Below, piece by piece: positions 9,676 to 17,782 of a DNA stretch of 64,000 bases (the stretch's first letter is position 1; each line of letters begins with the position of its first letter). The notes beneath the pieces are model-generated. The model was given only the letters and a program-made list of their open reading frames with translations. It had not been told where the DNA came from and ran no database searches. The stretch comes from Candidatus Latescibacterota bacterium (GTDB lineage: Bacteria > Latescibacterota > UBA2968 > GCA-2709665): NCBI GenBank assembly GCA_965248435.1, contig OZ252100.1:3200001-3264000 (forward strand), read 5' to 3'. The position numbers and the translations under genes were made by a program.

Positions 9676-11271
9676 TTACTGACCGCTCACCTGTAACGAA
9701 TAAAGCCTTGCGTCTCGCATCCTGAACCGGATCCGTAAGGGGAAGAGCCCGCCGATATCCTCTCGCCCTTTCCAGGAAAAGGTATGCCGGATGCTGTCGC
9801 CCGTAAATGCGTCGCAATCTGCCTGCCCGAATCCCTGGATGACCCGACCGTCAGAGTCGGTGAGTTCCGCAGTGATATACTCCTTCGTTTCCGCGTTGAC
9901 CACCAGACGATTCCCAGTGGACCAGAGCGGCCTGGTGAGCAGCGTAGATTGATATGGCACGCCCTTTGAGTCCTCTCCCTTCCGTTTGATTCCATCCAGG
10001 GACACAAACCCGTCCAACCTGAGCGTGGCCAGGCCGATCGATTGACAGGCGTAGTCGTTTCGCAGGGTGAAGCCGGTATAGTAGATGTGAATCCTGTCAT
10101 CCCGGACGACAAAACAGCTCGGCTGGTTGGTCAGTTCCTCCCATCCCGCGTCGGGATCCGGCACCATGAAACTCTTCCGCTCGCTCATCCGTTCCCAGTG
10201 CAGTCCATCCCGGCTGTATGCCAGCTGGTTGTTGGAGGCATTGCCGAAGCCATCCATCCGCCGGTTCACGCCGAGCACCGCGAGGTAGAGGCCCTCGTAG
10301 CAGAAACCGGTGATCGTCTCGAACTCGGCGTCCATCGAGTCGTCCCGGTCCGGAGCGAGGACCTGCCTGGGATGGGACCAATGGACCAGGTCTTTTGAGA
10401 AGGCTGTCGTATAGATCCGGTGCGTCCTCAATTGCAGAAAGGTGTGTCGTCCGTGGGCCGGTTTTTTGTAAAGGTTACGTGTAAACCCGACATAGAGGCT
10501 GTTTTGCCGATCGTAGAAAAACCCCACGTTCTCGTCGCCGATCCGCTGGAAGGTTCCGATGATCTCCCAGTGCAGGCCGTCTGGGGAGACCGCCACGCTC
10601 TGGTCGGGCTTTGTCTTCACAAAGCCTTTGTAACGCCATTTGCCCGGCTCAGCGTCGTGGGGATCTTTGACAAAATTGGGAACCAGGTAACAATATGTAA
10701 CACCATCCTTCTTGTAGACAATGTTGTTGGCTGCGCTGCCGTCAAACTCGACCAGGCCCAAATCGGGCTTCTCCCATTCAACCCCATCTTTTGACGTGGC
10801 ATAGAGGGTAAAACAGCCGACGTTTGCCAGATCTCCTTTCGCGTCACTGCCGCCTCCTTCGAGCCCGCCGAGGGTTCCGTACCACATCTTCCATATCTCT
10901 TCTTCCTCGTCGAACATCACGAAGGGATTCAAAATCTGCCATCGCTCCGCCGAAGGACCCTCCCAGGGACGGTCTCTCGTCACGATCGGATTTCCTGGAT
11001 GCTTCACGGGACGATGCTGGGTGCGGCGAATGTGATGCGTCCCCATCAGCACGTGTCCCGGAATTCCTGCCGACAGATCCGTACCTCTATCCGATTCAAC
11101 ACGGTGTAGGGCCTCCGTTTCCTTCGGGGTCTCCACAAGGAGCGCGGCAGACTTGCTTGGGTGCGGAGTAACCCAGCGGCGGGTCTCAATGATCTCGTCG
11201 TCGAAAAACAACTGTTTTCGACTACCGACATTTATGATGTGTTCAGACCCAGGTACCTCGGTCCAATTCAA
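9676..11271 (-). CDS. GH32/GH130-like beta-propeller hypothetical protein
   Basis: KQLFFDD, KHPGNP, YATSKDGVEWEKPDLGL, SRDGLHWER, GLATLRLDGFVS, RIRFRMRDARLYS; TTG start. Confidence 0.7.
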   Translation of the reverse strand: MNWTEVPGSEHIINVGSRKQLFFDDEIIETRRWVTPHPSKSAALLVETPKETEALHRVESDRGTDLSAGIPGHVLMGTHHIRRTQHRPVKHPGNPIVTRDRPWEGPSAERWQILNPFVMFDEEEEIWKMWYGTLGGLEGGGSDAKGDLANVGCFTLYATSKDGVEWEKPDLGLVEFDGSAANNIVYKKDGVTYCYLVPNFVKDPHDAEPGKWRYKGFVKTKPDQSVAVSPDGLHWEIIGTFQRIGDENVGFFYDRQNSLYVGFTRNLYKKPAHGRHTFLQLRTHRIYTTAFSKDLVHWSHPRQVLAPDRDDSMDAEFETITGFCYEGLYLAVLGVNRRMDGFGNASNNQLAYSRDGLHWERMSERKSFMVPDPDAGWEELTNQPSCFVVRDDRIHIYYTGFTLRNDYACQSIGLATLRLDGFVSLDGIKRKGEDSKGVPYQSTLLTRPLWSTGNRLVVNAETKEYITAELTDSDGRVIQGFGQADCDAFTGDSIRHTFSWKGREDIGGLFPLRIRFRMRDARLYSLQVSGQ

Positions 11272-11379
11272 AATAGCCCCCTTCTTCTTGTAGATGGAGT
11301 ATAGCGAGAAATGCGGTGAGAATACCGCCCACGGGCAGTCCAGGTTGTCGCAGAACGGCCCTTATTTATCCCGAATGAA

Positions 11380-12960
11380 TCAATCTCCTAATTCCGTTTT
11401 AACTTTAGCCGCAAGAACGCCCGCCAGGCCCTTGCCCATGCGACTTTCGAATGCGGCGGCGAGTTCGGTTTCGGTCTTGTCTGCTGCGAAGTTCTGGAGG
11501 AAGCGGTCCTGGACGTCGAAAGCCCGACGGGTGACTTCTTCGGGGTCGACCTGGCTGTGGAGGATGGTTTCGAGATCATGAACGATGTTCTGGACGTCGG
11601 GATCATCGATGCGGTTGTCGAATTCGTCGGGGTCCTCTTTGAGGTTGAAAAGGAGGTCGTCGTACCAGGTGAAGTGGATGTTTTTCCAGTCGCCTTTGCG
11701 GATCATAAAGGAGCCGGTGCAATTGCCCTGGGAGTGGTTTTCGGTGTAGGCGAAGCCGGGATGATCGCCGGAATCGCCGTTGAGCATGGGGAGGAGGGAG
11801 TGGCCTCTGAGTTCTGTGGGTCTGTCCTGTCCGGCGAGGTCGAGCATTGTGGCGATGAGGTCGACGTGGGCGACGGGGGTGTCGATGGTTTGCCCGGATG
11901 GGACGCCTGGACCGGCGATGACGAGGGGGATGTGGGCTGAATTTTCGTAGAGGTTGTTCTTGTTCCACATACCGTGTTCGCCCAGGCTCTCGCCGTGGTC
12001 CGAGGTGTAGATGAAGAAGGTGTTGTCGAGTTGGCCGGTTTGTTCGAGGGCGGTGTAGACGTTGCCGATGTATTCGTCGAGTTCGGTGATCATACCGTAG
12101 TAGCCGGCCCGGGCGCGGCGGATGCGGTCTTCGGCGATGGGGGTAGCGACGAGCTTGAAGTGGCGGAGGGCCTGGTGGACGAGGTGGAGGGTTTCGAGGT
12201 CGTCCTGGCGGAGGTCGGGCATGTCGATCTGGTCGAGGGGGTAAAGGTCGTAGTATTCCTGGAGGGCGACAAAGCCGGGGTGGGGCTGGCTGAGGCCGAG
12301 GTGGAGGGCCCAGGGGCGATCCAGGGTGCCGGCTTCGCGGGTGATGAAGTCGACTGCAGTGGCGGTTTTTCTGGCGTCGTAGGGGTGGCGGGTGTCCCGG
12401 GGACGGCCATCAACCATCGGTCGGGTGTTGATGCGGTAGGCCACAGCGCGGCGGAAAAGGGCGGCGATGTCGGGGGAGTATTTGTGGCCGTGGCTGGTGT
12501 CCACTTCTTCAAAACCCAAGTCGAAGGCGTCGTCAAGGTCCAGTTTGCCAATGGCGCGGCAGTAGTAACCGGCTTCTGTGAGGTGGGTGCCCCAGGTAGG
12601 GTGGGAGCCGTCCCAGAGGGTGGAGTTGCAGAAGGAGTTGCAGTCGGAAGGATAGACGCCGGTCATCAGACAGGCTCTGCCGGGGACGCAGACGGGACTG
12701 CCGCAGTAGGCACTGGTGAAGACGGTGCCCTGCCGGGCGATGCGATCCAGGTTGGGCGATTGAACAAGGGGGTGCCCGGCATACCCGGTGTATTTGTGGG
12801 CGTGCTGATCGGAGCAGAAGTAGACGATGTTGGGACGTTTGCGAGGGCTCTCGGCGGCATCGACCCGTCCAGAGATGCCCGTCATAACCGCAACTCCGGA
12901 CAGGGCGCCCGTAAATTCGCGGCTAATTTTGGATAAGTGTTCAATGTGGTTTTTAGGCAT
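11380..12960 (-). CDS. Formylglycine-dependent sulfatase (choline-sulfatase-like) with degenerate Tat-like N-terminus
   Basis: RPNIVYFCSDQH, SPVCVPGRA (CxPxR), YYGMITELD, YTSDHGE. Confidence 0.9.
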   Translation of the reverse strand: MPKNHIEHLSKISREFTGALSGVAVMTGISGRVDAAESPRKRPNIVYFCSDQHAHKYTGYAGHPLVQSPNLDRIARQGTVFTSAYCGSPVCVPGRACLMTGVYPSDCNSFCNSTLWDGSHPTWGTHLTEAGYYCRAIGKLDLDDAFDLGFEEVDTSHGHKYSPDIAALFRRAVAYRINTRPMVDGRPRDTRHPYDARKTATAVDFITREAGTLDRPWALHLGLSQPHPGFVALQEYYDLYPLDQIDMPDLRQDDLETLHLVHQALRHFKLVATPIAEDRIRRARAGYYGMITELDEYIGNVYTALEQTGQLDNTFFIYTSDHGESLGEHGMWNKNNLYENSAHIPLVIAGPGVPSGQTIDTPVAHVDLIATMLDLAGQDRPTELRGHSLLPMLNGDSGDHPGFAYTENHSQGNCTGSFMIRKGDWKNIHFTWYDDLLFNLKEDPDEFDNRIDDPDVQNIVHDLETILHSQVDPEEVTRRAFDVQDRFLQNFAADKTETELAAAFESRMGKGLAGVLAAKVKTELGD

Positions 12961-13060
12961 TTGCGGATGTAATCACGAACCAATGGAAAATCAGACGCAG
13001 CCGAAGCCCATGATCGGGCTCGGGTTTGGATTCCATGAGCCTCGGCAAATGCTTCTGTCC

Positions 13061-13558
13061 TTAAAGCTTTTGGTAAAGCCTAACAACCGGTAATTCTGTG
13101 ACGAACCCGACCTTCCGGTAGGCCCCATAGGCGGGTGCGTGTGCAGGATCGCCGCCTGTCTCGACCTTGACGTGGCGCATGCCGGCCTCTCTCAGATCCT
13201 GGATGGCGGCGTGATACAAGTCGGAGGCAATGCCGCGTTTCTGGTAATGAGGGTGAACCGCATTATTGCCAATCTCTCCAACTTGTGTTTTGTCATCCGG
13301 GTAATATGAAACGAACCCGACGACTTCTCCAGCGAGCTCAGCTACGAGGACGCGGGCGTTTTGTTTGCCCTCGCATGCCTGCTGGACCTGTTCCCTCTTC
13401 CTGTCTTCCCAATTGGTGTAGAGTGAGGCATAGAGGTCAGCATCCAGTGTATCCTTGCGAAACTGGTAAATCGGCTGCCAGGCCGTGACCGCAATCTCGA
13501 GAACTTTCTCGAGATCACTACCCTTGAACGCTCTTAGTGAGACAGTTATCGAATTCAC
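13061..13558 (-). CDS. GNAT N-acetyltransferase
   Basis: VGFVSY, GEIGNNAVHP.YQKRGIA acetyl-CoA motif, Y.KVGF; GTG start. Confidence 0.85.
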   Translation of the reverse strand: MNSITVSLRAFKGSDLEKVLEIAVTAWQPIYQFRKDTLDADLYASLYTNWEDRKREQVQQACEGKQNARVLVAELAGEVVGFVSYYPDDKTQVGEIGNNAVHPHYQKRGIASDLYHAAIQDLREAGMRHVKVETGGDPAHAPAYGAYRKVGFVTELPVVRLYQKL

Positions 13559-13587
13559 TTTTGATACCTTTCATAAGGAAAAGCGTC

Positions 13588-13851
13588 CTAGACGTCTATT
13601 CCGTTCTCTTTCAGAAACAGGATGACTTGGTCAAGGTCCTGTACGTCATGATCGATGACTGCTTTGTAAATATGTATCCCGCTGAACATCGGCGTGCGAC
13701 CCTCGGAAGTAAGGAGACGCTGTTTAAAGTCGAGAATTCTGTGGCGGTGTTCGGCGGTCATGCGCTCTTTATAGTCGATTAGGACGGCCTGCTTCTTCTG
13801 TATGACGGACTCCGGCAGAGACCAGATGTCGAATCGAAGGGGGGTTGGCAT
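13588..13851 (-). CDS. C-terminal fragment of a split nucleotidyltransferase-like gene with a new N-terminus
   Basis: MPTPLRF|DIWS...MTAEHRHRILDFK...IYKAVIDHDV reads as the continuation of ...PWKI at 15107. Confidence 0.55.
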   Translation of the reverse strand: MPTPLRFDIWSLPESVIQKKQAVLIDYKERMTAEHRHRILDFKQRLLTSEGRTPMFSGIHIYKAVIDHDVQDLDQVILFLKENGIDV

Positions 13852-13877
13852 AGGAGGTTCCGGCTGGTCGGCGTACG

Positions 13878-13906
13878 AGATTAGCCGCGACTCCCCCTCC
13901 TGTCAA
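13878..13906 (-). promoter_or_regulatory. Sigma70-type promoter
   Basis: TTGACA-N17-TAATCT on the minus strand, about 27 nt upstream of ATG 13851. Confidence 0.6.
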
Positions 13907-13922
13907 GCGACAATTCCCTGAA

Positions 13923-14855
13923 CTAATCTGGGACGAGCTCGTGCAGGTCTTCGATCCACCGAAAGCCGGAGCCGTCCGTCCGCCGGTGGGCTCCTCCCAT
14001 TACAAAAATCCGATTGTCGACAAGCGCAGATGCCATCCAGCCCTTTGCCACGGGCATCGGCGTTTCGGACGACCAGGAGTCTTCATCGACGTCGTAGACC
14101 TCCACCTCATTGTAGTAGTGCGTCGGTCTTCGCCCTCCGAACACATAGATCTTCCTGCCCGCGGCCAGCACCCCTGGGCTGCCCCGCCCCGTGGGGATCG
14201 GAGCGAGCGACTCCCATTCCTCGGAAGGCGGTTCCAGGACGAATGTTTTGTCGCACGGCTCCCTGTTCGGACCGCCGAAGCCGGCGGTGACGTAGATCCG
14301 GTCGTCTATCGTTGCCACCGCAGGACCCTGTAGACCCAGCGGCAGGGAGGGACCGAGCTCCCAGCCTCCGGTTGCTGGATCGAACACCTCGACGCTGTCC
14401 AGATGCGTTCCGTCGTTGGACCTCTCGTTGTCCATCGAGTTGCCGCCGATCGCGTAGATCTTTCCCTTGCAGACCGTGGCGACGAGTCCAGCCCGCGGTC
14501 GGCTCAGCGGGGTCTCAGAAGACCACGTTCCCTTCTCGACGTCGAGCCGATCCACGGTGTTTCGGATCACGAACTCTCGGTCGTCGCCTGTTTCACGCCT
14601 TTCGGACTCCGGGCGGACCCGCTTGCCGGCGATCGCGTAGATGGATCCGCCGAGAAGGGCCGCTCCGAACCACCCGCGACGCGTGGGGATCGAGGGACCC
14701 GGTGTCCAACTGTCCGATTCCGCATCGTATACTTCGACGACGCTCAGGGTTTCGTCATCGGCTCCAGAGATCGCGTAGATCTTCGAGCCGACGGCGACCG
14801 CCTGCAGATCGTGGCGCGGCGTCGGCATCGATCGACGCTGTACCCAACTGCTCAT
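13923..14855 (-). CDS. Kelch-repeat beta-propeller protein
   Basis: About six repeats of PT.R...a.....kIYaiGG.....VEvYD.....W. Confidence 0.9.
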   Translation of the reverse strand: MSSWVQRRSMPTPRHDLQAVAVGSKIYAISGADDETLSVVEVYDAESDSWTPGPSIPTRRGWFGAALLGGSIYAIAGKRVRPESERRETGDDREFVIRNTVDRLDVEKGTWSSETPLSRPRAGLVATVCKGKIYAIGGNSMDNERSNDGTHLDSVEVFDPATGGWELGPSLPLGLQGPAVATIDDRIYVTAGFGGPNREPCDKTFVLEPPSEEWESLAPIPTGRGSPGVLAAGRKIYVFGGRRPTHYYNEVEVYDVDEDSWSSETPMPVAKGWMASALVDNRIFVMGGAHRRTDGSGFRWIEDLHELVPD

Positions 14856-14883
14856 CGCGACTCCGCTGGTTCCAGGACATTCC

Positions 14884-15066
14884 TCATGCGATTCCGACCC
14901 TCAGTTGCTGGACCTCGGCCAGCATATGCTGGAGCTTCGCTGCATCGAACGGCTTTGCAACCACGACGTCGATGCTTGGGCTCTTCTCGGCATCCGTGCC
15001 ATGGTACTCCCAACCCGAACCTTCCAGCTCCTTGACATCGAGATCAGGCAGTTTGGTCGTCGCCAA
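14884..15066 (-). CDS. Small hypothetical protein (60 aa)
   Basis: TTG start after AGGAG; fills the gap in a co-oriented run; no recognisable motif. Confidence 0.35.
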   Translation of the reverse strand: MATTKLPDLDVKELEGSGWEYHGTDAEKSPSIDVVVAKPFDAAKLQHMLAEVQQLRVGIA

Positions 15067-15100
15067 TACTCCTAAAGAAGAGAATTATGACAGTCCTTGC

Positions 15101-15430
15101 CTAGACAATCTTCCAGGGACGCTCCCAGCCCCCTCTTTCGATGACCGGCTTGAGATAGAGTCCATCCTTCAGATCGTCTCTACCGCGCTTTTGAAAGTTG
15201 ATTTTCTTGACGCAATCCAGACGCGAGAGCTGAGCCGCCACGGCCAGGAGGTTCTCGGAAGTCGTCATCGGGAGATAGAGATCTACATCGGGGTAGATCA
15301 TGAGGTCGAGAAAGTAGCTGCCAGTCGGCAGGATCTCCCCAATGCCGGCACAAAGATCACGCAGACGGATGAAATCGAGAAGTTCGTCTGCTTCTTTTAT
15401 AAGCGCTGCCGACCTTTCGGACGCCGTCAA
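15101..15430 (-). pseudogene. N-terminal fragment of a Pol-beta-superfamily nucleotidyltransferase-like gene
   Basis: TGSYFLDLMIYPDVDLY (GS...DxD), DGLYL, ends abruptly at PWKIV* just before the expected third acidic residue. Confidence 0.6.
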
Positions 15431-15432
15431 GG

Positions 15433-16371
15433 TCAGAGGGGCTCCCTGGCAATCGGTTTGGCGGGGTCACGCTCTTCGGCCCAGGCCCTGAGCGGGACGT
15501 CGTCCCAGTTCCCGGTGATCCAGTACTGTGACGCCGGATAAAACTCGGGAGTTTTGCCCAAAGGATCGGGACTCACGGCCATCGCGCCGAGCAGCTGGCG
15601 CCTAATGGGCGAGCTGCGCTCGATCAGCTCCGGGGCCTGCTGAATGTAGTCGGTGGGACGGAGCCATCGGTAGTGGTAGCCGATGTGCATGACCTTTCGA
15701 ATCTTGTCGGACAGGTTCGGCCCCACGGTGTGCCAGGTGGCGGTGCGCCAGAGGACAGCTGCGCCCGGCGACAGCTTCAGCTCGACCGCTTCCTCGGGAG
15801 CGATCTTCCGGTGGGTATCGCGCAGTTCCTGCGGCTTACGTTTGTGACTGCCGGGCACCATCCAGAGGTTTCCGGAGTTGGACTCGCTGAGATCGGACAG
15901 CACGTAGAACGCCTTCACTTCCATAAAGGGGAGCCGGCCGTCGAGCGAAGGCGCCTCGAAGAGGAAGTCGCCCGCCAGGTCGGGATGCCAATGGATATTG
16001 CGATAGCCGGCCTGATTGTCCTCGCCGTGTCCCCTGCCGACGTCGCCGGTCTGCATTTCCTTCGGGTAAGGCGGCCGGTAATCGAGGTGAGAGGTCCGGA
16101 TCTGGATATTCCACCCGATCGCGTCGACGACCAGAGGCAGCATTCGGGGATGGTCGATCAGGTCCAGAAAGGCGTCGTGGTGAGCAAGCAGGTTGCGAAT
16201 TGCGAAGGGGTCGTTCGTTCCCAGGCCCTCGGCTTTCTGAATCCGCTCGGTGACCTCGTCGACAGCAGAGAGGAGGCGCTCCAGTTCCTCCCGGGTAAAG
16301 AACCCTTCGAGGATGATGAATCCCTTCTCCTCGAAATCTCTTTCCTGCTGTTCGGTCATCGCGATCGACAT
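15433..16371 (-). CDS. Phytanoyl-CoA dioxygenase (PhyH) family Fe(II)/2OG oxygenase
   Basis: FEEKGFIILE, WHPD (HxD), GNLWMVPGSH, distal WH, N.S...R. Confidence 0.85.
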   Translation of the reverse strand: MSIAMTEQQERDFEEKGFIILEGFFTREELERLLSAVDEVTERIQKAEGLGTNDPFAIRNLLAHHDAFLDLIDHPRMLPLVVDAIGWNIQIRTSHLDYRPPYPKEMQTGDVGRGHGEDNQAGYRNIHWHPDLAGDFLFEAPSLDGRLPFMEVKAFYVLSDLSESNSGNLWMVPGSHKRKPQELRDTHRKIAPEEAVELKLSPGAAVLWRTATWHTVGPNLSDKIRKVMHIGYHYRWLRPTDYIQQAPELIERSSPIRRQLLGAMAVSPDPLGKTPEFYPASQYWITGNWDDVPLRAWAEERDPAKPIAREPL

Positions 16372-16572
16372 GTCACCCTCTCCAGAAGTGTTTTAGACTT
16401 AAACACCCTGACCTTATCCAATTCACTGTCCTTGTGAGTTCAAAATGAGCCTAATCACAACATTTCCTACTAAATTTGTCCTTTGGATAGTAGGCTGGAT
16501 AAATTGTGCCCCCGGGGGCACTCCGGCACCTTCTTCGGTGCGTTATGATTTTCAATATACTCAAAAGTCACT

Positions 16573-16605
16573 TTTTCGTGAACCCAATTCAGATCCTGGA
16601 TCATT
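16573..16605 (+). promoter_or_regulatory. Candidate ECF autoregulatory promoter 1
   Basis: TTTTCGT-GAACCC-AATTCA-GATCCTGGA-TCATT, 8 nt before ATG 16614; GAAC is the typical ECF -35 core. Confidence 0.45.
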
Positions 16606-16613
16606 ATTGATAG

Positions 16614-17771
16614 ATGCGGCACGACTCCTCAAAACTAACGCAGTCTACCCGTCCTGAGCGGGCACCAGACGCTGAGCTTGTCCAGCTTACGCTTCAGGGC
16701 GCAGATGAGGCCTTCGCAGAGCTTGTGAACCGGTATAGTCGAATGGTTTTCGGGACAGCGTGGGCGGATTTGAGACAGGTAGAGGACGTCGAGGACGCGT
16801 TGCAGGAGACGTTTCTCCTCGCCTATCGGTGCCTCGGGGATCTACGCGATCCTGGAAGGTTCGGGTCGTGGCTATACGCGATAGCGAGGAACACCGTCCG
16901 TAAGGCACTGGGCAGGAGGCGACTTAAACTCGCTGAGCAAGAAGAGGTTACGCAACGGGAGAGAGAAAACGAGAACGCTGAAGAGGCCATCGCGCATCTC
17001 ATTCCGGCAATGGAAGTGATGACCCCGGAGGATCGGTCCGTAGTCGTGTTGTTCTATCTCGTCGGCATGAGTCAGAAGAGAATCGCACAGTTGATCTCGG
17101 TTCCGGAAGGGACAGTCAAGAGCAGGCTTTACCGTGCCCGAAAGATCCTTAAACGGAGGCTACTCGACATGGCAAAAGAGCGTTTGAATTCAATCGGACC
17201 GCACGATGACTATGGCCGGGACATCATCGGTGGTATGCGCGGAGAGATTCACTGGAGGAGGCTACTCGAAGGGAAGGGACTGGAGAATTGGAGGTGTTCT
17301 GAGGAAGAGATGGAGGCCTGGACGCGGTCGGACCAGGCGATCGTCGGCGAAGTTCCGGATGAACAGGGGTCCAGGCTCTTCACGGGGGATGAAACCTGGA
17401 GAAACTACGAGCTATCTGTTCTCGTCACGCCAATATCTGGCGGAAACGCCCAGATCCAGTTTCGGATCACCGAGGATCGAAACGGATATTACATGATGGA
17501 CTTTCTGCTCGGTTGGCGCGCTATTGCCATCAGCAGGGGGACGTCGGGTTTCCCCGGCGTGGAAAAGCTGAGCGTTGTCAACTTCCCCGCAGAACGCGGC
17601 CGTGAATACAACGTCCAGATTGCGGCCCGCGATTCATCTCTGACGACCTACGTGGACGGAAAGCTGGTGAACCAGTTGACCGACGCTTCGTTCGAGTCTG
17701 GCCCCATCGCCCTTTGCGCCTGGCACTCGAAGACCGCATTCCGGGATCCGCGAATTCGGCATCTTCACTAA
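16614..17771 (+). CDS. ECF sigma-70 factor fused to a C-terminal DUF1080 (3-keto-disaccharide hydrolase/LamG-like) domain
   Basis: Region 2 AFAELVNRY, EDALQETFL, FGSWLYAIARN; region 4 IAQLISVPEGTVKSRLYRAR; C-terminal GLENW, WRNYELS, YVDGKLV, SGPIAL, FRDPRIR. Confidence 0.85.
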   Translation: MRHDSSKLTQSTRPERAPDAELVQLTLQGADEAFAELVNRYSRMVFGTAWADLRQVEDVEDALQETFLLAYRCLGDLRDPGRFGSWLYAIARNTVRKALGRRRLKLAEQEEVTQRERENENAEEAIAHLIPAMEVMTPEDRSVVVLFYLVGMSQKRIAQLISVPEGTVKSRLYRARKILKRRLLDMAKERLNSIGPHDDYGRDIIGGMRGEIHWRRLLEGKGLENWRCSEEEMEAWTRSDQAIVGEVPDEQGSRLFTGDETWRNYELSVLVTPISGGNAQIQFRITEDRNGYYMMDFLLGWRAIAISRGTSGFPGVEKLSVVNFPAERGREYNVQIAARDSSLTTYVDGKLVNQLTDASFESGPIALCAWHSKTAFRDPRIRHLH

Positions 17772-17782
17772 CTCAAGGGATA

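Noticed and set aside
11974-12936. 320-aa plus-strand ORF (also 14312-15541, 20819-21727, 25703-27226, 32095-33060)
   Set aside because: Antisense shadows of well-supported genes in GC-rich, codon-biased DNA; no motifs.
15101-15103. Stop-codon readthrough (pyrrolysine) at the TAG ending the nucleotidyltransferase fragment
   Set aside because: The sequence after the stop does not continue the family pattern; the continuation is found 1.28 kb away.
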